Assembly (NCBI GenBank): GCA_044236455.1
Contig: JBIIGJ010000003.1
Span: forward strand, 1,806-65,805
Direction of reading: 5' to 3'
Origin: Pirellulales bacterium
GTDB lineage: Bacteria > Planctomycetota > Planctomycetia > Pirellulales > UBA1268
DNA: 64,000 nt
The position numbers were made by a program, and so were the translations under genes. Of the stretch, positions 10,893 through 20,830 are shown piece by piece. The notes below the pieces were generated by a model. That model was not told the DNA's origin and ran no database searches. It saw only the letters and a program-made list of their open reading frames with translations. Numbering within the stretch: position 1 is the stretch's first letter; every line of letters starts with the position of its first letter.

Positions 10893-12062
10893 ATGAACAG
10901 CGGCCGTCAACGGTTGGTGCGTATCAAGGCTCTGCAGGTCAGGCGGGACCGCTGCGGCCATACGTCGCCGCTGGTGTTCGTGCTCCTGCTGTGGGTAGTG
11001 CTCGTGGCGCCCTGGAGCCTGTCCGCGCGGGCTGACGAGGTGAAGCCAGTGCCGTGCCCGCTGCGGATCGCCTGCTTCAATGCCGAGAACCTCGCCGCCC
11101 CGGGGGAGCGAACCACGCTCACGCGGTTCCGGTTTGAGCCGGCCCGGCGCCGCCACCTCGAACACATCGCCGCGGTCATCGAGTCGCTCACGCCCGATAT
11201 CGTGGTCATGCCGGAGGTGGTGTCTCGCGAGGGGGTCGATGCGGTCGTGAACCTGCTTCACGCGAAGGGGCTCAAGGAGTATCGCGGCTATCACGTCGAT
11301 GGACGGGACAAATTCTCCGGATTCGACGTGGCCATCCTCTCCCGGATCGAGGCAGATGAGTTGGACGGCCGCCAGATTCACATCTTCGTGCCGGCCGGCA
11401 ACAAGCGATCGTCCAAGCAGACGAGGGATGGCGACGGCGCGGCCGCGCAGGGCGACGACTGGATGCGGCGGGCCTACAGCTATGACGACGACCGGGGCGG
11501 CACGCGGCAGGAGGAGGCGGTGCTGCAGCGGCACGCGGTCGCCTACTTCACGGCCTGCGGCCGGAAGATCGGACTGTTGGGGATGCACCTGAAGAGCAAT
11601 CCCTCCGACGTCGGCAGCAACGCGCAACGTATGGCGGAGACGTCGATCGCCCGCGAGGTCGTCCGTCGGGAGATCGTCGCCCGCGGCTACACGCCGATCG
11701 TGCTCGGTGACATCAACGACTACGACCCCGACGTGCCGATGGCCGACTCGAACCGCCGCACGCGGACGACCGTGCTGCACGACCTCAAGGATTACGACGA
11801 CGCCGCGGCGGGGGATGAACTCGTCAACGCGGCCCAGTTCATCCCGCGGGTCGCCGACCGCTACACGTCGCACTGGGATTTCAACGAAAACGGCGTGGCC
11901 GACAGCGACGACGTGTTCACGATGATCGACCACGTGCTCGTGCACCGCGACTTGGTGCCGGCGATCACAAGGGCCTTCGTTTGCCACGCGATCGATCTCG
12001 ACGTCTCCGACCATTTTCCGGTCGTCGTCGATTTCGACCTCGCGAAGTTGCCGCCCGAGTGA
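10893..12062 (+). CDS. Secreted endonuclease/exonuclease/phosphatase (EEP) family protein
   Basis: The signal-like N-terminus is ..HTSPLVFVLLLWVVLVAPWSLSARA. EEP motifs are present: ..LRIACFNAENL.., ..DIVVMPEV.., ..VLGDINDYD.., ..IDHVLV.., ..SDHFPVVVDF. I chose the ATG at 10893. The longer 10827 start would overlap the divergent SET start codon. Confidence 0.8.
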   Translation: MNSGRQRLVRIKALQVRRDRCGHTSPLVFVLLLWVVLVAPWSLSARADEVKPVPCPLRIACFNAENLAAPGERTTLTRFRFEPARRRHLEHIAAVIESLTPDIVVMPEVVSREGVDAVVNLLHAKGLKEYRGYHVDGRDKFSGFDVAILSRIEADELDGRQIHIFVPAGNKRSSKQTRDGDGAAAQGDDWMRRAYSYDDDRGGTRQEEAVLQRHAVAYFTACGRKIGLLGMHLKSNPSDVGSNAQRMAETSIAREVVRREIVARGYTPIVLGDINDYDPDVPMADSNRRTRTTVLHDLKDYDDAAAGDELVNAAQFIPRVADRYTSHWDFNENGVADSDDVFTMIDHVLVHRDLVPAITRAFVCHAIDLDVSDHFPVVVDFDLAKLPPE

Positions 12063-12088
12063 AGTGAGTTCGCGGCATTCACGCGGAG

Positions 12089-12186
12089 TCCCGTCGCTTC
12101 CGCTCAGGGCTTGTATTGGGGGATGCTGCGACCGTTGATGGTTGCGTTGCCTTTCCCATGAAAGCCCCGGGTGGAAACCCGGGGAC
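12089..12186. repeat. Copy 2 of the TIR/hairpin element
   Basis: The sequence is TCCCGTCGCTTCCGCTCAGGGCTTGTATTGGGG...GAAAGCCCCGGGTGGAAACCCGGGGAC. The hairpin is CCCCGGGT-GGAA-ACCCGGGG (12165-12184). It shows a compensatory C:G to T:A change relative to copy 1. It lies 27 nt after the EEP stop and 16 nt after the stop of the convergent isomerase gene. Confidence 0.85.
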
Positions 12187-12201
12187 GGGCCCCGGCGATG
12201 G

Positions 12202-13104
12202 CTATGAGTTGAGCTCTGAGCGCACCTGCTCGAGCAGCTTCTTGGTGGCGAGGATTCCCTCCGGCTCCTGCAGGGCCTTGCCCTCGTATTCGATGCCGAC
12301 CCAGCCCCGGTAGCCGGCGTCGACAACCAGCTTCAGCATCCGGCGGTAATCGGTTCGCACCTCGTTGCCGTCGGCGTCGAATTCGTGGCTCTTGGCACTG
12401 ACGCCCTTCGCGAACGGAAGCAGCTCCTCCACGCCCCGGTAGCGGTCGTAGTCGTGGAAGTTGCCGAAGTCGGGAAGTGTGCCGCAGTTCGGCTTGTTCA
12501 CGACCTTCATCACCCCCGCCAGCCACTCGCCATTGCTGGAAAGCCCGCCGTGGTTCTCCACGATCACCGATATCTCCATCTGGGCCGCATAGTCGGAGAG
12601 CCGCGACAGGCCGTCGGCGGCGAGCTTCTGCTGTTCCTCGGGCGTGCCCTTGCTCGCCGCGTTCACCCGGATCGAGTGGCAGCCGAGCCGCTTAGCCGCC
12701 TCGACCCACGGGAAGTGGTTTTCGATCGCCTTGGTGCGGGCCGTCGCATCGGGATCGCCAAGGTTGCCGAGGCCGTCGCACATGATGAGGAGATTCTCGA
12801 CGCCCTCGTCTTTCGCCCGCTTGGCCAGGTCGGCCAGATAGTCCGCGTCCTTCGCCTTGTCCTTGAAAAACTGGTTGACGTACTCGACGGCCGAAATGCC
12901 GAACTGCTGTTTTGCGGCCCGCGGGAAATCAAGGTTGTCGAGCTTGCCGGCGAAGAGGGTGCGGTGGAGCGACCATTCCGCCAGCGAGATGCGAAAGAGT
13001 GGGGGCGGCGCGGGAGGATCGGCCGCCCTTGCGTATGGCGCAGCGAGCGCGGCCGCCGCGGCAGCCAGGAAACCCCGACGGTCAATCGATGTTGAACGCA
13101 CCAT
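12202..13104 (-). CDS. Sugar phosphate isomerase/epimerase (xylose isomerase-like TIM barrel) with TAT-type signal
   Basis: From the ATG (complement of 13102-13104) the protein reads [27 protein letters not shown], which carries a twin-arginine motif. The TIM-barrel pattern follows (..[14 protein letters not shown].., ..HSIRVNA.., ..VIVENHGG.., ..GWVGIEYEG..). Confidence 0.85.
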   Translation of the reverse strand: MVRSTSIDRRGFLAAAAAALAAPYARAADPPAPPPLFRISLAEWSLHRTLFAGKLDNLDFPRAAKQQFGISAVEYVNQFFKDKAKDADYLADLAKRAKDEGVENLLIMCDGLGNLGDPDATARTKAIENHFPWVEAAKRLGCHSIRVNAASKGTPEEQQKLAADGLSRLSDYAAQMEISVIVENHGGLSSNGEWLAGVMKVVNKPNCGTLPDFGNFHDYDRYRGVEELLPFAKGVSAKSHEFDADGNEVRTDYRRMLKLVVDAGYRGWVGIEYEGKALQEPEGILATKKLLEQVRSELNS

Positions 13105-13185
13105 ATCGCTACCCATGCTTGGACACCCTCTCCGGGAGAATAGCAGATGCCGCCACTGCGGCACCATGGTCGCCGCCCAGCTCCG

Positions 13186-14787
13186 TCAACCAGGCCGTTC
13201 GTCCTGGAGGTATTCGCGGGGGCGGTAGGTCCACATCACCGGCAACAGGATCACGGTCGCCACCGCCATGCAGCCGCAGAAAAACCAGTAATACGCGGCC
13301 CCGGCCAAGAGGGAATGGCCGGCCGCATCCTGAGAGAAGGTGTTGACCAGCGCCGTAAACAGGTTGCCCAGTGATACGCTCAGCAGATAGAGGCTCATGA
13401 CGAGCGACTTCATTTGCGGCGGCGCCTGCGTGTAGCTGAACTCGAGGCAGGTGATCGACACGAGGATCTCCGCCGCGGTTATTACGACGTAGGCCAACAG
13501 CTGCCAGCCCACGGAGGGCCAGCGGGCAGTCAGCCGCGTGCCGTCTCTGCCCACCGCCATGCCGGCGTTGACCATCGCCTCCACGCGGGTGTCGGAGCCC
13601 GGTGTCCCGCCGTTTTTCATCGCATCGGCCAACGCGTTGAGGCCGGTCTCCCTCATGGCCGCCTCCGTCGCGGCGAGGTCCACGCCGTCGCTGGCTGCAA
13701 CCGGCGCGACGACACTGCGAAACCGTGCCGCTTCGGTGTCGATGAGCCGCTGGGCGTGGGCCGTGATCGCGAAGGCGAGGATCGTGAGCACGAAGCCGAC
13801 GAGGATCTTGCGGAGGGGCGTGAGCGGAATGATCCTTTCGACGGCCGGGTAGATCACCAGGCTGAAGAGCGGGATGAACGCGAGCACCAGCAGCGGGTTG
13901 ATGGCCTGGACCTGGCTTTCGAGCCACTCGACGCCGAGGAACCGCCGGTCCATCTGCTGCGCCTGCTGCACCCATGCCCCGCCGGACTGATCATAGAGCG
14001 ACCAGAACACGGCCACGAGCAGGTAGAGCGGCACGAGCTTGAAGATGGCGGCCAGCCCCTCCGGGCCGAACGTCTCGGCGAAGTAGCGATTCCCCCGCGG
14101 TGGCACGTGGATGAAATTGTGCCGCCCCATCCAGAAGACGAGCGTGGCCAACGCCATGAGGATGCCCGGCACGCCGAACGCCCAGCCGGCGCCATAGTTT
14201 CTCAGCAGCCACGGCGTGAGGAGTGTCGAGAAGAACGAACCGAAGTTGATGGCGAAATAAAACCAGCCGAAGACCCGTTCGAGGAGATGGCGGTTTGAGT
14301 GGCCGAACTGGTCGCCCACGTGCGCCGACACGCAGGGCTTGATGCCCCCGGAGCCGATCGCGACGAGGGCCAGGCCGGCCAGCAGCCAGCCCCGCGGTGC
14401 GAGCGTGGCCGCCAGCAGCGGCTGCGGCAGGTCCATGAGCGCCAGGCAGAGGTGTCCGAGGCAATAGACGATCGACAGAAGCAGGATCGTGAGATACTTG
14501 CCGAGGAAGGCGTCGGCCACGACACCACCGATGATCGGAAAGAAGTAGGCACTGGCCACGAACAGGTGCATCCACTCCCGCGATTCGGGCTCGGTCATGA
14601 AGTCGGGGCCGCCCGCGGCCGAGTGCAGGAACTGCGTCATGAACACGACGAGGATCGTCTTCATGCCGTAGAACGAGAAGCGTTCCGCGGCCTCGTTGCC
14701 GACGATGTAGGGGATCCCCGGCGGCATGCCGGTAGTGGCGGACGGATGGGTGGCGAAGCCGTGCCGGGGGCCGTTTGTGGAGGACAT
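13186..14787 (-). CDS. Proton-dependent oligopeptide transporter (POT/PTR2 family, MFS)
   Basis: From the ATG (complement of 14785-14787) the protein reads MSSTNGP...GIPYIVGNEAAERFSFYGMKTILVVFM, which contains the PTR2 ExxERFxYY motif. Multiple TM helices run throughout. Confidence 0.9.
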   Translation of the reverse strand: MSSTNGPRHGFATHPSATTGMPPGIPYIVGNEAAERFSFYGMKTILVVFMTQFLHSAAGGPDFMTEPESREWMHLFVASAYFFPIIGGVVADAFLGKYLTILLLSIVYCLGHLCLALMDLPQPLLAATLAPRGWLLAGLALVAIGSGGIKPCVSAHVGDQFGHSNRHLLERVFGWFYFAINFGSFFSTLLTPWLLRNYGAGWAFGVPGILMALATLVFWMGRHNFIHVPPRGNRYFAETFGPEGLAAIFKLVPLYLLVAVFWSLYDQSGGAWVQQAQQMDRRFLGVEWLESQVQAINPLLVLAFIPLFSLVIYPAVERIIPLTPLRKILVGFVLTILAFAITAHAQRLIDTEAARFRSVVAPVAASDGVDLAATEAAMRETGLNALADAMKNGGTPGSDTRVEAMVNAGMAVGRDGTRLTARWPSVGWQLLAYVVITAAEILVSITCLEFSYTQAPPQMKSLVMSLYLLSVSLGNLFTALVNTFSQDAAGHSLLAGAAYYWFFCGCMAVATVILLPVMWTYRPREYLQDERPG

Positions 14788-14917
14788 GCTGGTCTCGCGG
14801 GCCCGCGGTGCGGGCGGGCAGGGGGTGGCGGCGCGGCCCGAGAGGGGAACGCAGGCCGAAAATGTGGCACACCTGCCATGCTGGTGCAAACAGCACATTC
14901 AGCGGACAATCTCCTCC

Positions 14918-16231
14918 ATGCAGCCGCATACGCATACGAACGCTCATCCCCTTCCGTCGGCAGCCCAGCCGGCCGGGCTGCTTGTCGTCACCATCGACCG
15001 GCTGCCGGCCTGGATGCTGGCCGCCTACGGCGCCACGTGGGTGGCGACACCGGCCCTCGACAGCCTGGCGGCCCGTGGGGTCGTGTTCGACCGCGTGATC
15101 ACGCCGTCAATGACCTTCGGCGACACGCTCCACGATCTGCTCGCCGCCTCAGCGCCTGCCGGCAAAACGCTCCTGGCCGCCGCTGCCGCCGCCGGCTGGC
15201 GGCCGGTGGTCGTCACCGACGACGCCGCCTTTGCGGCAGGTATGACGGCAGATGATGCCGTGTCTGCGGCCGGCGTTCGGCTGGTCGAGGCGGTCGCGAA
15301 GGAGCAGGCCGAGGACGACGACGCGCAGACCACTATCGCGAGGCTCATCGACGCTGCTCTCGACGCGATCACGTCGGGCGAGCACCGGCTGGTCTGGTGT
15401 CACGTCGGCAGCCTGGGCGTGGCATGGGATGCTCCGGAACGGTATCGCGACCGCTACGTCGATCCTGAGGATCCGCCGCCGCCGAGCGGAGCCCGCGTTC
15501 CTGGGTTTGCGGTGGATGACGACACCGACCCCGATCTCGTGGTCGGTGCCCGGCAGGTGTTCGCCGGACAGTTGACGCTGCTCGACAGCCAACTCGGCCG
15601 ACTGTTCGCCGCGTTGCAGGAGGGAAGGCCCGCTCACGCCAGCGGCTGGGCGGTGCTGGTCGCGGGGGTGCGCGGCCTGCCCCTGGGGCTGCATGGCTGG
15701 GTCGGCGTCGGCGGCAAGGATCCGCCGTATGGTGAGATGATCCACGTGCCGGCGATCCTCGTGGATGCCGCCGGGCGTATGGCGGCCCAGCGGTATGGCG
15801 GGCTCGTTGTGCCCGCCGATCTGGGCTGCACGCTCGTGGACCTCGTGCCGCAGACGACAGACGCCGAGCCGCAGGCGTCGGCCATCGATCCATCGGCTCC
15901 ATGGCGGGGCGTGAGCTTGGTGGGACTGTTCGAGAACTGGTCGGCGCCGGTCCGCGATCGGGTGATCGTGGCCGGCCCCGACGCTGCCGCGATCGTCACG
16001 CCGGCGTGGCATGGCCTTCTGGCCGACTCTGTCGCGGAAGCGAGGCCGCGAAGCGATGGCGAACAGCAGGTACGCATCTTCGCCAAGCCGGATGATTTCT
16101 TCGAACGGGTGGACGTCGCCAACCGCTGTGCAGACGTGGCAGGTCAGCTCGGGGAACTCTTGGCACGGGCGGGCGCCGGCTATCAAGAGACTGCCTGGCG
16201 GGCATCGCTACCGGAGGCAAAGAGCCAATAA
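14918..16231 (+). CDS. Sulfatase/alkaline-phosphatase-fold protein lacking the formylglycine (C/S-x-P-x-R) motif
   Basis: From the ATG at 14918 the protein reads MQPHTHTN..LLVVTIDRLPAWMLAAYGATWVATPALDSLAARGVVFDRVITPSMTFGDTL. This follows the sulfatase N-terminal layout, but TPSMTFGD replaces CxPSR. Later ..GEMIHVPAILV.. resembles the sulfatase HVP(L/F)I block. Confidence 0.6.
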   Translation: MQPHTHTNAHPLPSAAQPAGLLVVTIDRLPAWMLAAYGATWVATPALDSLAARGVVFDRVITPSMTFGDTLHDLLAASAPAGKTLLAAAAAAGWRPVVVTDDAAFAAGMTADDAVSAAGVRLVEAVAKEQAEDDDAQTTIARLIDAALDAITSGEHRLVWCHVGSLGVAWDAPERYRDRYVDPEDPPPPSGARVPGFAVDDDTDPDLVVGARQVFAGQLTLLDSQLGRLFAALQEGRPAHASGWAVLVAGVRGLPLGLHGWVGVGGKDPPYGEMIHVPAILVDAAGRMAAQRYGGLVVPADLGCTLVDLVPQTTDAEPQASAIDPSAPWRGVSLVGLFENWSAPVRDRVIVAGPDAAAIVTPAWHGLLADSVAEARPRSDGEQQVRIFAKPDDFFERVDVANRCADVAGQLGELLARAGAGYQETAWRASLPEAKSQ

Positions 16232-16305
16232 CAGCGAGAAACATCCGGCTTTTCACGGGCAAAACACGCTTGGTCGCACCGGATGCATCCCGCTACCATC
16301 CCTGG

Positions 16306-19300
16306 ATGGTGCGATCTCTTTCACAATCCGCCGCACGCCCCGTTTGCTGCCCGAGACTGTTCGGCTCGCTGCTCACTATGCTGGCGCTGGCTGCAGGCTG
16401 GCCGCTGTCGGCGGGCGGCGCCCAGGAAACAACGCTGTCTGAACGGCCCGTCACCATTCGCGTGAACTGGGGCGGGGGGAAGGCCCGTGCCTGGTCGGGA
16501 TCGATCCGGCTGGTGCCCGTCGAAGGGGATACAAACACCGCCGAGGATCTCCAGTGGCAGACGCTCTGTGGCGATGCGGATGCTGCGGCGGCCGCCCATG
16601 CCGTCGGCGGCACGATCTTCGTGCATGAACCGAGCCGCCGTGGCAGCGACGGCGTCGAACTGGTGATCCCACGCTGGCGCGGTGCACGAATCGCTGTGCG
16701 GCTCTTCGCCGATGGCGACGAGCGGAACGCCTCGACCTTTGAAGCCGACGTCGCCGGTCTGCTGCTTGAGGCCCATCAACAGCCGCTCGATAGGGACGGC
16801 AACCGCCTCAGCCTGAAGGCCGCTCCCGGGGATGCGCTCCGGGTGGAATTCATTTCACTCGCCACAGCGGCTGGCAGCGAGACTTCTCCGTCGGCGCTGT
16901 TCCGCCCCGGGGAGACGGTCCGCATGGCGGTCGATCCGCTCCTGCCGAGGCGGTCGCCCGGATCGGGCGCGGTCGAATTGCGGATGCGGCTCAAGGTTGC
17001 GGCCGAGGCCGAGCCCGCGGTCGCCCAGTCGCTGCTCCTTGTAGAAGCGGGCACGGCCGAATCATCACCAGCTGAGCCGCGGCTCCAGGGGTATGAACGG
17101 GTGTATTTCGATGTGCCGCTGCCAGCCCGCGAAGGGGCCTACGACATCGAACTGGAGGCGATCGAGCGGGGCGGCCTGCGGTGGTCGCGGCCGATCGCGT
17201 CGCGGACGGTGCAGGTGGTGGCGGTGGGCGACGCCGTTCCCGATGCGATCGCGGCAGGCTCTGACCGCGGCGAGGGCTGGAAGGTGATTCACGAACTCGA
17301 CCCGGGCAGTCCTCGGCTGCACGAGCGGCTGCGGCGGCTGCCGGGCGTGGGCATGTCGTACGTGCCGATGCCCGCCATGCCGATGCCGTCGATGTCGTTG
17401 CCGAATGTCAGCATGCCGAACGTGCCGTTGCCCAGCGTGCCCATGCCCAACGTTTCCATGCCGAAGCTCCCAGCCGTGTCGCTGCCTTCGGTGTCGCTGC
17501 AGTCGGTGTCTGCGATGGTGCCCAAGCTCAGCGGTCTCCTGGCCACGGGTCACTCTACCGTCGAGGTGCATTCCCTCGGGCCGATGCTGCGGCTGCCGCC
17601 GGCGCGATCGGTCGACGAGCCGGCCTGGGAAGGGATCGTGATCGCGGGGGCGCAGCCGGGGCTGCCACATCTGGTGGAGGTGGAGTTTCCGCTCGACCAA
17701 CGTGCGGTCGTCGGCGTGAGCGTGCTGGAGACGGATGCGGCGGGTGCGTCGGTCGAGATCCGTTCCAGCGGCGGATTCGAAGTCGCTCCGCCCGTGGCCA
17801 CCGCTGAGGGTGCAAAGCCGGCGGGGTTGGGCCGTCATGGCTTCGTCTTCTGGCCCACCACCCGAAATCCCATGATTCTGATCGCCAATCCCTCGCCACA
17901 GGGGGCGGCGGTCTTTGGCCGCGTGCGGGTGTCGGCTGGGCCGTTACGTCCGCCGGCCCGGGCTGCAGGCGTCGCCAGTGGCAGCGTTACCACGACCGCG
18001 GGCCCGGGGCGGCGCGTGCATGCCTATGTGCCGGCTCCCGACTTTTCGCAGTTTGGCGGACCCGAGCGGGCGGCCAGCGGGTCGGGCCGGTCGTTCGCCG
18101 ACTGGAAGACGTTTCTCTCCGGGGCCACGCATGCGGCGGAATGGTTTTCGTCGCAGGGCACCGCGGGGGCGATGGTGGTCGTCTACCGTGAAGGCGCCGC
18201 AATCTGGCCGTCGCGGCTGACCCGGGGCGCTCCGCGCTGGGACAGCGGCGTCACTTCCGACGCGGGCCTGGATCCCGTTCGCAAGGATCTGCTGGCCATG
18301 CTCTGCCGAATCCACGCCCGCGAGGGCCTGCGGTTGCTGCCGGCCGTCTCCTTCGATGCGCCGCTGCCGGCGCTGGAGAGGATGCTCGCCGATGGGGCCG
18401 CCGAGGCGGCAGGCATCGTCTGCGTGGGACGCGACGGCAGGCCGAGGCAGACCGACGGCGGACGGGGCTACCACTACAACGTGCTCGATCCGCGGGTGCA
18501 GCAGGCGGTGGAGGATGTCGTGCGAGAACTGGCGGGGCGGCTTCGCGGTGCGGACGCCGTCGATGGCCTGGCGCTGGTGCTGCCGCACGACGGCTGGCTG
18601 CACCTTCCCGGCACGGCCTGGGCCCTCGATGACGCCACATTCTCGCGGTTTCTCGCCGAAGTGGGCGGCCAGGTGCCGGCGGTGGGCGGCGTGCGGTTTG
18701 CCCATCGTGCTGCCCTCGTGGAAGGGCCGCTGCGGGACCAGTGGCTGGCGTGGCGGGCCGAGGTGGTCGCCCGCTTTCATTCCCGGCTGGCGGCGGTGTT
18801 GGCGGAGCATGGCGCGGGCTTGAGCCTGCACGTGGTGCCAACGACGCTCTTTGCGGAGGGGGACCTCGCGACCCGCTTTCGTCCGTCGTTGGCCCCGGAA
18901 CCCGCCGACGCGGATGTGCTGCGGGAAATCGGCCTCGACCCGGGGCGGATCACCGCCGATCGGCGGATCGTGTTCGTTTCGCCGCACATGCATGCCACGG
19001 CCGAATCGCTGCTCGACCACTGCATCGTCGACAATGCCAACCGCTCGCTCGCCCTGGCCCGCGGTGCCGCCAGTGCGGCCCGCAGGGGTGTGATCGCGCT
19101 GGAGCAGCCACGCCGGATGCCGGTGGGCCAGGTCGTGCCGCATGGGCCGTTTGGCGGCGCGGCGGCAGCGACTGAAACCGTGCCGATTCATGCGTTGCCC
19201 GAAGGGCCGTCGCGAGGCAGGCATCTGGCGGAATCGCTCGTGGCGGCGGATGTCGAGATGGTATTCGACATGGGGCTCGCGTTTGGCCGCGTCGAGCCGG

Positions 19301-20475
19301 CGTTCGGCCGCTCCCTGCAGGCCTTCACGGCACTCTCGGGCGGTGGGCTCGAACTGGCCGATCCGCTGCCGGCGCCGCTGGTGGTCCGCAGCCGGCGCGA
19401 TCAGGGACTGACCGTGGTGAGCATCGTGAATGCCGGGCCGGCCCCGTGTCTTGCCGGGCTCGCGCTCGCGGGCTTGCCGTCCGCCGTGGTTGACGCCGTC
19501 GACGGAACGCGGCTGCCGCTCGATCCCGCTGGTGCCGTGTCCGTGCCGCTGCAGCCGTGGGAGGTGCGCACGCTCGTGCTCGACGGAGGCGTGGCGGTGC
19601 AGGGTGCGCGGGTCGAATTCGACGACGAGGTGCGGCGGTCGATCGGCGAGCGACTGGCCGATCTGAGCCGCCGCCGTGGCGTGCTCGAGACACCGCGGCC
19701 GCTCGATGTGCTCGACAACCCGGGATTCGAACTGGACGGCCCGGCGGCCGCCGGTACCGATGCGGCCGGACGGACGCCCGGCGGCGCGATCGGAGGCTGG
19801 GAACTCGTCCAGGCCAGTCGCGGAACGGTCGCCTTCGTGCCGGGAGTCGACGGTGCTGCGGGCCGCGGGATCGGCTTCTCGTCGGTGAACGGCCTCTCGA
19901 CGCTGCGGAGCAATCCGTTTCCGCCGCCCTCCACGGGGCGGGTGAGCGTGGCCGTTTGGCTCCGCGTGGGAGAGGGAGAGCCGCAGCCGCCCCTGCGGCT
20001 GGCGCTCGAGGGCGTGGAGGAAGGCCGCGAGTATTACCGGTTTGCCACGGTAGGCGGGCTGGCCGGCGGCAAGCCGCTCACGCCAGGCTGGTCGCAGTTC
20101 GTGCTGCAGGTCGATGATCTGCCGGCCCACGGGCTGGAGTCGTTGCGGGTGCGGTTCGACCTGCTCGGTCCGGGCAGCGTCCAGATCGACGGCGTGCGGG
20201 TGTTCGACCTGGCGTTCGATGAATCGCAGCGTGTGCAGCTCTCGCGGCGGCTGTCGATGATGGAGCAGCGACTGGCGGCGGACGACTTGGGCTCGTGTCT
20301 GCTCGAACTCGACACGTATTGGCCGCGGTTCCTCGCCGCGTTTGTCTCCGATGACGCGGTGGCGGCGCTGCGAGAAGACTCGCTCCGTGCGACAGGCGGC
20401 CCGACGCAGGCTCCCGCCCCGGAGGCCGAGCGGTCGGGCAGCATGTTTGACCGTATGCGACGCTGGTGGCAGTAG
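16306..20475 (+). CDS. Large secreted protein (1389 aa), function unknown. It has a central glycoside-hydrolase-like region and a C-terminal CBM4/9-like beta-sandwich, judged by pattern only.
   Basis: The ATG at 16306 gives the signal peptide MVRSLSQSAARPVCCPRLFGSLLTMLALAAGWPLSAGGAQE. A Met/Pro/Ser/Val repeat lies at ~17340-17530. The C-terminal ..LDNPGFELDG...IGGWELV...VAVWLRV...VRVFDL matches the NGGFE..W pattern of CBM_4_9 modules. Confidence 0.8.
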   Translation: MVRSLSQSAARPVCCPRLFGSLLTMLALAAGWPLSAGGAQETTLSERPVTIRVNWGGGKARAWSGSIRLVPVEGDTNTAEDLQWQTLCGDADAAAAAHAVGGTIFVHEPSRRGSDGVELVIPRWRGARIAVRLFADGDERNASTFEADVAGLLLEAHQQPLDRDGNRLSLKAAPGDALRVEFISLATAAGSETSPSALFRPGETVRMAVDPLLPRRSPGSGAVELRMRLKVAAEAEPAVAQSLLLVEAGTAESSPAEPRLQGYERVYFDVPLPAREGAYDIELEAIERGGLRWSRPIASRTVQVVAVGDAVPDAIAAGSDRGEGWKVIHELDPGSPRLHERLRRLPGVGMSYVPMPAMPMPSMSLPNVSMPNVPLPSVPMPNVSMPKLPAVSLPSVSLQSVSAMVPKLSGLLATGHSTVEVHSLGPMLRLPPARSVDEPAWEGIVIAGAQPGLPHLVEVEFPLDQRAVVGVSVLETDAAGASVEIRSSGGFEVAPPVATAEGAKPAGLGRHGFVFWPTTRNPMILIANPSPQGAAVFGRVRVSAGPLRPPARAAGVASGSVTTTAGPGRRVHAYVPAPDFSQFGGPERAASGSGRSFADWKTFLSGATHAAEWFSSQGTAGAMVVVYREGAAIWPSRLTRGAPRWDSGVTSDAGLDPVRKDLLAMLCRIHAREGLRLLPAVSFDAPLPALERMLADGAAEAAGIVCVGRDGRPRQTDGGRGYHYNVLDPRVQQAVEDVVRELAGRLRGADAVDGLALVLPHDGWLHLPGTAWALDDATFSRFLAEVGGQVPAVGGVRFAHRAALVEGPLRDQWLAWRAEVVARFHSRLAAVLAEHGAGLSLHVVPTTLFAEGDLATRFRPSLAPEPADADVLREIGLDPGRITADRRIVFVSPHMHATAESLLDHCIVDNANRSLALARGAASAARRGVIALEQPRRMPVGQVVPHGPFGGAAAATETVPIHALPEGPSRGRHLAESLVAADVEMVFDMGLAFGRVEPAFGRSLQAFTALSGGGLELADPLPAPLVVRSRRDQGLTVVSIVNAGPAPCLAGLALAGLPSAVVDAVDGTRLPLDPAGAVSVPLQPWEVRTLVLDGGVAVQGARVEFDDEVRRSIGERLADLSRRRGVLETPRPLDVLDNPGFELDGPAAAGTDAAGRTPGGAIGGWELVQASRGTVAFVPGVDGAAGRGIGFSSVNGLSTLRSNPFPPPSTGRVSVAVWLRVGEGEPQPPLRLALEGVEEGREYYRFATVGGLAGGKPLTPGWSQFVLQVDDLPAHGLESLRVRFDLLGPGSVQIDGVRVFDLAFDESQRVQLSRRLSMMEQRLAADDLGSCLLELDTYWPRFLAAFVSDDAVAALREDSLRATGGPTQAPAPEAERSGSMFDRMRRWWQ

Positions 20476-20479
20476 TCGC

Positions 20480-20830
20480 TCAGCCCGGGGGCCAGCCGAG
20501 GTGGCGGCCGCCCAGCAGGTGGACGTGCAGGTGATGCACGGTCTGTCCGCCGTCGCGGCCGCTGTTGACGACGAGCCGGTAGCCGTCGTCGAGTCCGAGC
20601 TTTCGCGCCAGTGCCGATGCCACGCCGACGAGATGGCCGAGCAATGGCTCGTCGGCTGCGGTGACGTCGGCCAGCGATGGGATCGGTCGCTTCGGTATCA
20701 CGAGCAAATGGACGGGGGCCTGCGGTGCCACGTCGTGAAAGGCGAGGCAGAGGTCGTCTTCGTGCTCGATGCGGGCCTGGATCTCGCGGCGGATGATCCG
20801 GGAGAAAATGGTCTCAGCCGGCGCTGTCAT
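20480..20830 (-). CDS. HIT (histidine triad) family nucleotide hydrolase
   Basis: The protein is 116 aa from the ATG (complement of 20828-20830): MTAPAETIFSRIIRREI..CLAFHDVAPQAPVHLLVIPK..GGQTVHHLHVHLLGG, which contains the HxHxHxx triad. Confidence 0.9.
   Translation of the reverse strand: MTAPAETIFSRIIRREIQARIEHEDDLCLAFHDVAPQAPVHLLVIPKRPIPSLADVTAADEPLLGHLVGVASALARKLGLDDGYRLVVNSGRDGGQTVHHLHVHLLGGRHLGWPPG

Noticed and set aside
12104-12526. A 140-aa minus-strand ORF ending ..GFHGKGNATINGRSIPQYKP.
   Set aside because: Its C-terminus is just the reading of repeat-element copy 2. The rest overlaps the well-supported TIM-barrel isomerase gene in another frame. It was useful only as evidence that the PQYKP tail is element-encoded.
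17944-20130. A 728-aa minus-strand ORF and many 100-250-aa ORFs inside the 1389-aa secreted-protein gene.
   Set aside because: They are antisense or off-frame, Arg/Pro/Gly-rich, and lack start context. The + strand frame has a signal peptide and a continuous 4.2-kb ORF.
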